Shown here one piece after another: positions 11,834-24,225 of a DNA stretch of 64,000 bases. Every line of letters starts with the position of its first letter. The first letter of the stretch is position 1. Where the stretch lies: the NCBI GenBank assembly GCA_964016885.1, contig OZ024743.1, forward strand, positions 182,652,001 through 182,716,000, in the 5' to 3' direction. The notes beneath the pieces are model-generated. The model was not told the DNA's origin. It saw only the letters and a list, made by a program, of their open reading frames with translations, and made no database searches. Position numbers and translations under genes: made by a program. This stretch comes from Eledone cirrhosa (Eukaryota).

Positions 11834-14150
11834 ACTTTTTCTTCTTCTTGTCATGTGGCATATGCACAATAGTTAGAAAGGTAGATCGCGATTGGTGAGC
11901 TAGACAAAAGCATCATTTGTATTATTATGGATTGCCTTCAGGCCACAGTAAAAACATCTGAGGGGACAATGCTGAACAACATGCAACACTGTTTAGTCAG
12001 GTTCCCCATAGCCACATGCTAGGCTGTCTTTCATTTTCCATCGATGGAGATGATGGGCTGTCCTAGCATGTGTTGTGTGGATCAATTAAAGGACACCCAT
12101 TGCTTTCTAGGATGGTCGAAACCAGTTGGTTTTGATGTTGGATCCTGGAAGAGGTCTTGATTGGCAAATTTGGACTCATTCCGTGATCTTCACCACTCTT
12201 TCTTCAAATCAAGGTTATTGTTTTGAAGAGTCTTCATTGATTCCCAGAATGGTTTGTGTGATTTCAAGCACATATTGTGAAGGTTTTCCAGGTCTTCATG
12301 GGTGGGAAGGTTGGGCTTGGATTTGGTAAGAGGTGCTGCTTCATGGATGATCTGACACCACATGTGAGAAGGAGCTATATGAGAAAGGGTAGGCAGCCAC
12401 TGAGTAGGTGTAGATTTCAGTGTGCCAGATACTATTCTCATTGATGAGTTGAGGATGGTGCCAACTTGCTTTGCATGGCAGCTACCTACCCAAACGGATG
12501 AACAGTATTCTGCAACTGAGTATGAAAGTGCTAAGCACACAGTTCAGAATGTATGTACATCAGGCCTCCAGCTATTTTCTGCTAACTTGCAGATGATATT
12601 AATCCTGGTCTTGAGCTTTCCGGCAACCCTCTTTAGATGCTCTTGATAGGTCAGGCTACAAACCAATGTTACACCAAGTTTGTCTGATGCTGAGATGGAA
12701 GCTGAAGTTTTCCTGGTCATATCAGTCATGTAGATGTTAAAGAGCATTGGTGCTAGGAGGGAACCTTGGGGAAGGCCATCATTCAGGGTTCTAGATGAAT
12801 TTGTTTGACCTCCTAGTGACACTCTGAATCTTCTGTTACTGAGTATAGAGGCAAGGATGTTCACAGTTGCCTGGTACTTGATGATATGACAGGCCTTCAG
12901 GAGGAGGCCGCCTCTTCATACAGTATATATGCAAAAAAGAGATCAATCAGAGCATCCCGTATTGAGACCTCATTGGTAGCCAGCCTTGATGAAGGTAGTA
13001 AGGGCAAATACTTGATCAGTGCAACTCCTTTGTAGTCTGAAGCTTGCTTGTTATTTAAGCAGGGTTGGTTCTACTAAAGGACCAAGCCTAACCAAGAGGA
13101 GCTGTTCAAATAGCTTGTAAGAGGTACAGAGGAGAGAGATTGACTGGTAGCTTGCAGATCGTCTGCAGGTTTCCCAGCTTTCAGGATGGAAATGACCTTG
13201 GCTTCTCTCCAGATCGTTGAGATAACTCCAGTTGAGTGGATGACTGTGAAGAGTGAAGCCAGCCAGTCATGGACAATTGGACCAAGATTCTTAAGGAATT
13301 CAGGATATAATGTCAATGATTCCTGCTTCCTTGCCTTCTTTGGTGGATAAAAAGTCAGTATCTATCTTACTTATGGCGTAAAATTTAGCAAGTGGGTATC
13401 CTTGGTGAAGATGAGTAGGCTGCTGAGAGATTCTTATGGACTTCTTGGTGTGCTTCTTTGGTTGAAGGTACATTAGAGTTGAGAAGTAGACATGATGCAA
13501 CTGCATTAGTAGTTACTTTTTGTGGCAAGTGCTGAATGGGAGATGCTGCACCAAGTCACCTAAGGAGATTCCATGCTTTCCTAATAGAGTGAGTATAATC
13601 CAACTCTCCACTGATTTTTGCTATCATGTCCATCTAGCTGAGACAAGAGAGTCTAAGTGTTCCGTAGCAATGTCTAGATCACCTGAGGTTTCATAGCTCT
13701 TGACAAGTGCTTCAGATTCTAGGAGCCAACATGGAGTGAAAGATTGACAGAAATCTTGCGGGATATGATTCTTGGCAGCATCCTTCAGAATCTTACAGAA
13801 TGAAGTATAATTCTTGGGAACAGGTTCCAAGTTGATGATTTGTTCCTCTACCTCTGAGCTGATGGATTCCCTGTCAGCCTTCCAGAATGTTCACTATTGT
13901 AGTGGCTTGGATTATGCTACAGGAATCTCAATGCCGATGTGTATCATAGCTGGTCTGTTAGCTGTGGGGGAAGTGAGGGAGTATCTCGCAAGAAGCCTGA
14001 ACAGGATTTGAAGAGGTGGTAGAGGTCTGGGTTGTAATCCTTCCAGCGACTAGAATGGAATGTGCCAGGTTGTTTGGCATCATGGAGAAGATAGTGGTCA
14101 CTGGTGCATGTCTCCAACTGTTCCCCAGTCAAGTTGTCTGTGGTATAGCT
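11834..14150 (-). mobile_element. Decayed Vingi-like (Ingi/I group) non-LTR element
   Basis: APE end HDAKQPGTFHSSRWKDYNPDL, WREAKVISILKAGK, GLPQGSLLAPMLFNIY, ALSYSVAEYCSSVW, TLKSTPTQWLPTLSHIAP, decayed C-terminal CCHC, (AAG)n tail; clade assigned from remembered motifs only. Confidence 0.7.
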
Positions 14151-14169
14151 TCATGAAGAGAGGAAGCTC

Positions 14170-14745
14170 ATAGACGATAGTGATAGTCAGGTCCCCAACT
14201 TTCACAGTAGAAATAGATATGTCATACCAGTTTCTAGCCAGGCAGATAGAAACTTATCAAACTTAGCACAGACAAGTGGGTCTTTGAGCTTCTATATTCT
14301 TCTTTTTGGTATTAAGGGTTTAAGAAATGGCTTTTCAAACTTCAGGCTAAGGCCGCAGGTTAAAAGCTTGTACTGCTGCACACATTCCTCTCCTGGAATT
14401 ATTTTAGCATCTTTGACTGCCCATAAGTCTCTCTTCCATACTAGGATGAAATCAATTTGACTAAGGTTTCCACTTGAATTATAAGTTATAAGATGACTCT
14501 CCCACTTACAGAAGAATAAATTAACAAAACTGCAAACTCAAGCAACCATTCACCTTCAGCATGGGGCTCTCCCTATCCAAAACCACTATGCACACCCTCG
14601 TAGCCATCAGCATATTGTCCAATGTGGTCATTCCAGTACCCATGCAGCAACAGGAACTCCTGATCTTCATCTCAAGATAGTACCATGAGGAGATCATCAT
14701 AGAAAGCATCTTTTGTAGTTTGGTCATGACGAACCTATGGGACAT
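14170..14745 (-). mobile_element. RTE LINE AP-endonuclease relic
   Basis: Relics NAEGEWLLEF, TYNSSGNLSQIDFILV and DAKIIPGEEC. Confidence 0.65.
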
Positions 14746-15103
14746 AAATCGTGAGCAAAGTTAGATTTTTTTCAAATTTTTTCCAAACCTATATTCAACT
14801 GAAAAGCCGTCTTTTAGCTTTCAAACCTTCCGTCTCCATATTTTCTTGAATATCTTGTTCCATCTTGTGTTTGTCACTAATAACTAGCTTGTGTTGGCTG
14901 GCACATTACTTACTATTTATTACAGTCTATCTAAAATGACCAGACTTTCCAACACCTCACACACTTTCCATTTTATCTCTCATTCAATCCAGCATCATTA
15001 AAACATTGCTTTTGCAGTTAAAATAACCTGTGTAAACAATCAATTCAGTTATATTTGGCAACAGACTATTTTAAACTATTTACCTTCCCTCATAGTCACC
15101 TTG

Positions 15104-17800
15104 TCAGCAAGGTGTTATGGAAGATCCCACTCAGGATCCTTAGAGCGACCTGGGTGCCGGTAGCCGATGCCCTTACTTCCTCGATTCAGAGCACCCTGGA
15201 CTCCAATTGAGCCAGCGACTGGGAGTGACTCTTCTATTTTGTCCCACTCACCCTCGGCCTCCCCAGCACTGGCGCTGACCGAGGCGGCTGGTCGACGGCA
15301 GCCTTTATCAAGGCCAATGTTTCGTCCTTTGGGCAAGCGCCCATTCCAAGCATGCCCAAGGGCGCCACACACCCACTCTCAGGTGCCCCCCCCCCCAATC
15401 CTCCACCCCTGAGGCCAGTGCCAAGAATTTGCGTGACCGCGTAAATGCCAAATTAATCATGGGTGATGTCTCGGCCGCAGTCAGAGTGGTTGCCTCGGAG
15501 GACACTGTCCTCCAACCCATCGAGGAGGTCCTGGATGCCCTGTGACTCAAGCACCCTGATTCACCCAAGATCTCAGACCCATACCCCCAACCAATCCCTA
15601 CTTGCTCCTTGTGGCTTCTGACGCAGACATCATGTCCGCCATCAAGTCCTTCCCAGATAGCAGCAGCGGAGGTGCTGATGGTCTCCAACCTGGCCACCTC
15701 AAGGAGTTGCTATCCCCACTCTCCACTGAGGCCGGGCGCCCCCTTCTGAGTGCAAGTGTGGCACTCACCAGCTTATAGGCTTATCCATGGCGTCCTGGAT
15801 CCTCACGCCCAAGGCCTCTTTTTTTCGGCTAGCCTGACCACTCAGGAAGAAAGGGGGTGGCATACGCCCCATCGCTGTGGGCAATGTCTTCTGGAGGCTG
15901 GCTGCCAAGGTGGTCTGCAGGTCCATAACACCAGAACTGGGTGAGGAGTTCAGTCGGCGTGTCCAGTGGCTGTGAGGGGGCCGCACATGCAATCAAGCAG
16001 TTCTTCAACAGCTGCCCACCAGAACCGGCATCCAGGCACCTCATTGTCAAGCTTGACATAAGGAATGCCTTTAACAGCATACGCCGGGACCATCTGCTCG
16101 ATGCTTGCCTCAGCCGAGCCCCCTCTGCTACCCTCTGGCCTACCTGTTGTATGCAGCCCCGAGCATGATCCTTGCTGCTGATACGGTCATACCTTCGGCC
16201 ACTGGAGTCCAACTGGGTGACCCTTTGGGCCCCCTCCTGTTTGCCCTTGGTATAGACTAGATTGCCCAAAGTATCACAGCTCCTCACAACGTTTGGTATC
16301 TGGATGATGTTACGTTGGCAGGCCCGTAGAGACTGTCTGCCATGACCTACAATCAGTGATTCCTGCCCTGGCGGGAGACCTCCAGGTCAACTCGTCCAAG
16401 TCGGAGGTGGTGAATGTCAGCGACGATGCTGAGAGCTTTGCAGCCTCCACTTCGGACGTGCGGTCCATTCTCCACCAGGTACAGGTGACCGTAAAAGAGG
16501 ATGTCCTCGTCCTTGGGTCACTGATCCACCCACCAGCCATCCGCTCCACCATCAGATCCAGACTCCAGCAACTCATGACCCTCACGAGCCAACTGGGCTT
16601 GATTGATGGCCACCCAGCACTGTTCCTGTTGAGGAACTGCTTCACCATGCTGGAGCTCCTCTATAGCCTTCACAGCACTCCGTGCTACACCCACGCATCT
16701 CTCCTCACTGACCTCGATACTTGTATTCGAGCAGCAGCCGAGGAGATATGCAACGTCAGGTTTGACGACATTGGATGACTAACAGGCCACTTTACCTGTC
16801 AGGTATGGTGACTTTGGCCTCCGGTCTCTGATCTCACTGGCTTTGCCGGCGTTTCTTTCGTCGGTAACCTCATGCCGCGTCCTCGTCAGCAGGGTTCTCC
16901 AAAACACAATGGAACCCTCTGTGATCAGGGAACATGAAGCCACCTGTGAGACGTGGGACCAGCTGAGACTTAGCCCAGTAGACATCCCTCCTCCTCCCCT
17001 GCTGACGTCAAGTCCACCCCAAAGCATTTGGGATGCCATCCAGTGCAGCCTGGCTTCAAACAGGCTCACGTGCCAGCACCGCCTTGCCTGTTTTCATGCG
17101 ATCTCCAAACCCCACGGTGGTGCCTGGCTCCATGCCTTGCCCTCCTTCTCCACTGGCATGCAGCTAGACAACAATAGCCTGTGCATCAGCGTTTCCTTGA
17201 GGCTTGGCCTCCGAATCTGCGAGCCACACCAATGTCGCTGTGGATCCACCGTGGACTCTTTCGGCCTCCACCCGCTTTCCTGTCGCCACAGTGCCGGCTG
17301 CCTTCCACGCCATGGTACTCTAAATGAGGTCATAAAGCATGGCTTGGATGCTGCAGGCTTCCCTTCCCAGCTCGAGCCAGTGGGGCTGGACCGAGGGGAC
17401 GGCAAACGGCCAGCTGGCATGACCATCTTCCCGTTCCACTGTGGCAAACCCCTCATCTGGGATGCTACTTGCACCGACACCTTCTGTAGCCACAGCCTGG
17501 TGCAGTCTGCGACTAACCCAGGTTCTGCTGCACGTTGGGCTGAGGAGGCCAAACTCTTCAAATACCAGTCACTCTCCGACAGGTTTGTGGTTGTACCCTT
17601 GGCAGTGGAGACTTCTGGTGTCCTTTGCCCTAGGGCTACTTACCTACTCACCACCATAGGTGCTGAGCTGGCCAGTCGCAGGTGTGAGCCTCACAAGCTG
17701 GAGTGGTTTTCCAGCGCGTCTCCCTTCCCGTCCTCCGGGGAAACGCCTTCTCTATTCTGTCTGCCGGGGCTGTGGGGAGACCACCAATATGATTGACTGA
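15104..17800 (+). mobile_element. CRE-clade non-LTR retrotransposon (RT plus restriction-like endonuclease), inactivated
   Basis: RPIAVG, KLDIRNAFNS, GVQLGDPLGP, WYLDD, then zinc knuckle CRCG..DSFGLHPLSC, RHGTL, KRPAG, IWDAT, K..KY, PLAVETSG; several stops and frameshifts; visibly more GC-rich than flanks. Confidence 0.88.
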
Positions 17801-19149
17801 CTTGTCATTTTATCAGTCAGATGTTTTTAGTCATCATTCGAACAATGATATTTGGTTGAATTCTTCTCTGTTCTAGAGCCTGCTCCATTTTTAACATTTG
17901 GTATTCAAAAATTATATTTTATTATATGTTTGTTACTGGCAGAGATTATATAAATGTTAAAGGTCAAGAACACTCTTCAGCTGTGTCAAAGACATGTCAA
18001 TCTCCCTAATGTTGGTGACCTACATGAAAAACGTACCCAATACACTTTGTAAAGTGGTTGGTGATATGAAGGGCATCCTGCCAAACAAAGAATTGATAGG
18101 ACTCTTCAGCTGTGTCAAAACGGAACAACCTCCTTGCAAGATGCAGGCTCTTGCTCACCTGAGCACCGAGTATTGTGCAACAATGTAAGCAAGCAAGATG
18201 CAGACCCCTAGCCCATCTTAGAGATCAGTAGTTCTGTTTGAGTCCTGACACAGACTGTAACGACCCATCCAACCCTTGCTAGCAGAAGTAACAAACATTA
18301 AATGATGATGATGATGATGATGATGGCTTTGCGAGATTTTAAAATAATCCTAATTAAAAGCAATGAATGGGATTATTTCAGCATTTTTTTTTTAATTCAA
18401 ATACAGCCGCAATTTACAAAAAGTTACATGTGACTGTATGATCAAAGGCTGAAGCCAAAACCTTATAAACACAAAAGGAATGTAACATTCTTTAACCACA
18501 TTACAATTAATGTTTTTATTGTTTTTTATCAGATACACCAATGACTTTATTTGAAGAACTTCTTAGAGTTAGTTGTGTAAATACAGTCTCTTCAAACATT
18601 CATTCCACTGATGCATGAAAATCTCAGCATGCAGTTGCCAACTCAGTAGCCTAACTGTGACAGGGGGTGGAGCTGTTCCAAGTGACACATTTATGGAAGC
18701 AGCCCTTTTGGGTCTGTTGTATATTTGAGTATGTAGGTGGAGATGGAGTGGTAAACTCAAAGACTGCCCGGATGGCACACACTCTAACTATGCCACTGTA
18801 CCAACTTATTTATGCTGTTTGAGGACTTGTCTGTTAATGCTGGACTGTTGTGGGTTGGAGAGGGTGCTCCTAATGTTGAGTGATTAGCCCTAGCCAATCA
18901 ACACCTGGGAGGATTTTTAACTGAGAACTCAAAAGAGCCAGAACAAATACTGCAAGGCATCTAATTTGATTCTCTAACAATTCTGCTGACCCATACTGGC
19001 ATTTTATTAGGGGAATTGGAACTCATGATAAATAAGAGTAGATATTGAACTGCTTCGTGTCTTAGAACCTGTGCCTTAGCTCTGACAGTGCAAGGCTTTC
19101 TTTTCAACACTCCAACAATTCTGCTTGTAAATTTATCAATGGTTCTTTG

Positions 19150-19305
19150 CAGTGGTATAGCTAGTGTGTACAGTGGTATAGCTAGAGTGTGTACAGTGGT
19201 ATATCTAGAGTGTATACAGTGGTATAGCTAGAGTGTATACAGTGGTATAGCTAGAGTGTATACAGTGGTATAGCTAGTGTGTGTACAGTGGTATAGCTAG
19301 AGTGT
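19150..19305. repeat. ~22-bp minisatellite, about 7 copies
   Basis: Unit TACAGTGGTATAGCTAGAGTG(TG/TA) visible in tandem. Confidence 0.9.
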
Positions 19306-20427
19306 GCATAGTTTGGGGCAGCCCTATAGCAGTAATTTGATACTCTCCTTAATAGAGTTTCTTTCACTCCATGAAGCGGCCACCAAGAAGCTGACCTTGG
19401 TGGCCTCGTAGATAAGTTTCCACTATAAATCGGTTTTCTAGATGCCAATATGTCTGAGATTTTGACATAGCAAATGGCCATTTGCTTATTCTTGTTTCCT
19501 GGAGTCAAATGAGGGAATACTGATAAATAGCCTGCTCCCAGTCAATCCAGGTAATTTCAGAGTTCATATCAACCAGCTATGATGTAGTGGTCAACTGTTT
19601 CACACACCAACCCCTTTGAGTCTCTCTCTCTCTTACCTCTCCCTCTCTTGGTCTCTCTCTCAGCCAGGTCAGCAAAATTTATCTCACTAAGAGAAGTTTG
19701 GTGAATACATTTTTAATAATACCTTTGCAAGCATAATATATACATAACATAATTAATTACACAACATGCGGAATTTCAGGATCATATAAACATAACATTT
19801 TAAAAAATTGTTCTAGCATAATCTTTAGCTCGGACTCTGTTAATTTTTAATAATTTCTTTTTATTCTATCTCTCTCTCTTTTATTCATGCTTGCTTAGTG
19901 TAATATAGTTTTCTGTACTACATGTGATACAGTACTGGTGTTTGATTTATGGTGAGTAGAGCACGTACCATTAAAGAAGAGCCCATGAATATCTGGCATC
20001 CCCCACCCCACTACAAAAAACTACCAACACTTCTGAATTTTAGAAAACTCCTGCGCTCCACCTGAGGCTCAAAAGCTTCAACCTTGCAGAATCTCTTTCG
20101 AAGGCTCTGATGAGGAGCAATATTTTATAAGTCCCAAAGTTAGAAAAAGTTTGGATAAACATAATTTCCACTACCACCATCTCCATCTGTAGAAAAGTGT
20201 AAGTTTTAATACTATACTCTGCTATACACACATAAATATTACAATTGAGTGAATAAACTTGTTGATTTATCTTATTTCTTTTAAATTGTTTTATCGCTGA
20301 TTTCAGCCAATGTGATGCTCTGTATTTACATTTATATGTATGAGTATATAAATATAAACACAGAAACACACATCTACTCACACAAGTATAAACATATTAT
20401 TGTGTTAATGTTTGTATGAATAATAGA

Positions 20428-20555
20428 AGGGCCCAACAGGGTGACCCACTCGGACCTGCACTTTTCACACTGGCATTGATGACATCACCTAGATGGGAGT
20501 TGACTTGGATCTGAATGTCTGGTATCTGGATAATGCTTGCTTGGTGGGGTCCTCC
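20428..20555 (+). mobile_element. Short CRE-like RT fragment
   Basis: QQGDPLGPALFTL and NVWYLDN, matching RT motifs at 16200-16310 but divergent in DNA. Confidence 0.7.
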
Positions 20556-20689
20556 AGACAAGGTCCTTGTAACTGTGATTTCTCTCCAGCCGCGGTATAT
20601 CCTCTGCATTTAGCAGCCATGTCCCACTGTCATGCAATATCACATATCTCTCAGAGAAAATCCTTGTTGAGAACAGCAGTAGTAGCGCC

Positions 20690-22260
20690 CTAAACTTTTT
20701 TCTAGCATGTCTCTATTCTAGCTACTATACTTTCAGGGTAATCCCCCCCCCCCTTCACTATTAATTAGGTCACCTATGTTGCAAAAACTATCAACTACTT
20801 CTATGGTACCTGCCTAAGATTGGAAAAGGTTCATTTCACTGCTGCTCACACTACCTATTATTATTGTGCATCTACCACATTCAAAGTCTATCTTTTCCGT
20901 TGGTCTGCCTACAATCCCACTCTATCTCTGGTCTTCCCATGCTTTACATTACGTACATTGTATAGAATTTCTAACTGCTCCTTTTCTCCATATCAAACAC
21001 AGCTACTTCCTTGATAGAAGTGTACTCCTTCCTAAGACTTTGGTCTCAGCTAGGTTTATTTTGAGCCCCTTTCATTCTAAGTTCTATTTCCAAAGGAGGA
21101 ATTTTTTCCCAAGCCCTTCTACGGAACCAGACCATTAGCATATAGTTCTCATATAAACTCCTATGAACAGCCAGTCTTAAGCTCCTCAGTTGTGGCCTGG
21201 AGAACTATAACAAAAAGGAGGGGGGTAGGAAATGAGCCTTGAAAATCACCTGCACATTGAATTCTTCACTAAACTCATTACATACTCTCACTTTATTAAC
21301 AGTACCAATACATGGCCTGTATTGCACTCACAAACCACACATCTACAACCAGTTTCCTTCAGGACCTCCAGAGAATAGACCATGGTACTGTCTTTTCCAG
21401 ATCTGCAGAATCTAAGTGTAAAGGCTTACACTTAACTAGGAACTTCTTTTGAAGATCTCTCACTAAGAGATCATCTGTGGTGCTTCTTCCTGGTACAGAA
21501 CCAAACTGCATATCATCTAATTTTATTCTTTCCTTAATTAACTGTACTCTTTCCAAGAGACCCAGGAGCAAGATGGATGTATAACATCAATGAATTCAGT
21601 TGGTTTTGCTTGGGGATCCAGCCAGATCATTTAGAAACAGTTGCTTCCGATAGGACTCTCAGGAAGGCATGTCCAAGGACTCTGCCCACACGACACTTCC
21701 AGGAATGTGGATGAAGAAGAACACTGTCACTTTCATAACTTGATCCATCAGCTTAATGCCTAACATAGTTGCTCCTTTCTGGAGCATCTCCTTTTTCCCT
21801 TGTAACAATTGATTATACTGTTACATCATGTATTATCTGATTGACTACGTGGAGGACTAACTTGACTTATACTTCACTCAATCTTCACAATTATCATCCC
21901 GTACTAGTGTTTCTTGACCTCTTTCTTCTGAGCAACATTGAGATTGAGTATGCCCGGGTCATTCCAAACACATTTCTTCCCAATATCCCAATTAACACCA
22001 ACACATTGCTTCACAATGTGAAACATTTCACGCTGTTGATTCTCATGTCACAAAACCTCTTGCTTTCTGCTTCTCTCTATATGCTAAGTAAACCTGCCTT
22101 CTAGCTTCTCTTTTACTTACTTGGTAGAGTTCTTTCCAGTCTGTCTATGCATCTCTTAGTTTTAATGGCTCTACCTACAGTACTGTTCCAACACCAAGTC
22201 TCCTTTTATCTGGCTGGTGTCTTTCTGATGCCACAGTTCTCATCAGTCAGTTGGCACATG
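20690..22260 (-). mobile_element. Decayed RTE LINE internal region
   Basis: Relics MQFGSVPGRSTTD, DLEKT, LQATTEELKTGCS, VVDSFC. Confidence 0.8.
21555..21722 (+). mobile_element. 3' end of a different RTE lineage (Expander-like) nested in the decayed RTE
   Basis: RPRARWM..LGIQPDHLETVASDR..LPTR, (GAA)n tail, flanked by the degenerate direct repeat actgtactctttc / actgtcactttc. Confidence 0.55.
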
Positions 22261-22299
22261 GAACTTTCCATTTGCCCTCTATTTCATATATATCAAATG

Positions 22300-22925
22300 T
22301 TGTGTTCTGGAGAGGAGATTGCGTTGGTATGGCCATGTGATGCGTATGAAGGATGACAGTTGTATAAAAAAGTGCAGGGCAATGATGAAAATTGATGGAA
22401 GCTACAGAGTGGGTAGACCAAGAAAAACCTTGGACAAGGTCATAAAAACTGACCTTGCTCACTTACACCTCTCTAAGACAATGTCACTGGATTGAGATCT
22501 TTAGCGCCATGCAATTGTACAGAAGAACTGCCTTCCCTTACATACAAACCTACTGTCAGTAGGCACCTCTTAACCCAATATACACCTCACACACCCTACC
22601 CCATCCTCCCATTTCCATTCCGTCCACTGTGTCGATGACACAACAGTCCACACTGTAAAGTGGCCGTGTAGGAGACACGGTAAAAAGGCCCCCAGTCCAC
22701 ACTGTAAATGTGGTTGGTGTTAGGAAGGGCATCCAGCCGTAAAAAACCTGCCAGAGACACTTCCGTACGAGCGAGACACGGTCTCCCGACCATTCCTGCA
22801 TCAAATCGAACAAAACCGTTTAACCCATGCTAGCGTGGAAGATGGACATTAAACGATGATGATGATATATATATATATATATATGCTAGCATGGAAGATA
22901 GACATTAAACGTTGATGATGATATA
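22300..22925 (+). mobile_element. RTE LINE 3' end with a duplicated terminal ~35 bp
   Basis: RRLRWYGHVMR, GRPRKPW, hairpin tail; the ATGCTAGC..ATTAAACG(ATG)n terminus occurs twice, separated by (TA)n. Confidence 0.88.
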
Positions 22926-23827
22926 TATACATTTTATCCCCATCTCTCATACACAACACAGAGCCTTTCCAAATCAATATTTAACAGAGAGGTCCTTTAG
23001 CTTCCATATCCTGCTTTTCATGATTGTTTTCCATTTCTGATTCTGTCTAATTTTTATTTTGATGTTACTAACAACTAATTTGTGTTGGGTGGTGTGTTCT
23101 TCTCTGGGAAAGGACAGTATTCATTAGCATCTGGTTTACTTGATTGGTATGTGATCAACTGGCTGACTGTTAGTGTTGCAAATAGTTAGGTCATTTACAT
23201 CACTGAATTCTAAGAGCCTTGATCCCTTATCCTTTCTCAAGCTGTATCCATAGATAACACTTCAGTATAGCCATCTTGGTACTGCTTAATATCCTCACTT
23301 AAATCACCTAGCACATTGATGAGGTCTCTGACCACTGTTATTGAAGTCGTTGGTAAGAGGTCCTCATAAAAATAGTCTTTCTGTTCTATACTTAGTCATG
23401 ATCGTAATGCATACATGGAGATAACAGTTGTCATTCTATCACCTATGACTAATCTGAGCTTGATAATTTTATCATTTATTCTATCTACCTCAATTACTTA
23501 GTCTAGCCACTTCTCAGCTAGTAAAATGCCTACTCAACCTACTTCATTATCATTTCCTATTCAGAAGTGTTTATATCTAAGCTGCTGAGTTGTATTTTGG
23601 TAATAGCTCTCTGTACTTGAAATGTGTGATCACTTAATGACAATTGAGGGTTTCTTGCACTTGGTTAGGTAAGCCACCATGCTACTGTGTGCAGCACTAA
23701 CACGATTAATGTTATTCTTAAATACACAATTATATTTTTAATACTGCATGTTGTACTAGTCAAAACAGACAAAATTAATGTATATTAAACACATGAAATA
23801 TGCAGGAATTGAACCATACACCTGCTG

Positions 23828-24023
23828 TATGAGGGTCAGCTGAAAAGTTCATAAGCTGACGAAGATACTCTCATGGAATGACCAAATGAGGTTTATTTTA
23901 CAACATAGTCCCCAGAAAGAAACAATGTAGTTATTAATAAGAAGAGTTGAAATTAATGCATGCAAAATTTCAAAGCATCACTCATTCATAGTTAACCAAT
24001 GAAATTTTCAGCCAACCCTCATA
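23828..24023. mobile_element. Mariner-type MITE
   Basis: TA-flanked imperfect TIRs TATGAGGGTCAGCTGAAAAGTTCA / TGAAATTTTCAGCCAACCCTCATA. Confidence 0.8.
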
Positions 24024-24124
24024 TACCAGAAAACTGCATAGATCCAACATGAATAATCAATATTAGTATGTAGAATGCATCATTTTATTTTAATCATCCT
24101 CCCAATACCATCACCTCAAAAAGG

Positions 24125-24225
24125 TTAGTTCTGTTTATTCTCGTTAAGTTGCCGTCGTACCTCCTCAATTATACTTGCAATTGCCAAAGTATCAGAATGA
24201 CTGTGATCAGGACATTCGAGATGAC
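24125..24225 (-). CDS. DHDH: DHDH-like oxidoreductase exon 7 (terminal)
   Basis: aaag acceptor; (G)HLECPDHSHSDTLAIASIIEEVRRQLNENKQN-stop; AATAAA at 24089..24084. Confidence 0.9.

Noticed and set aside
20100-20155. CTGATGAGG possible hammerhead
   Set aside because: GAAA core and stems I and III cannot be formed; at most a decayed relic
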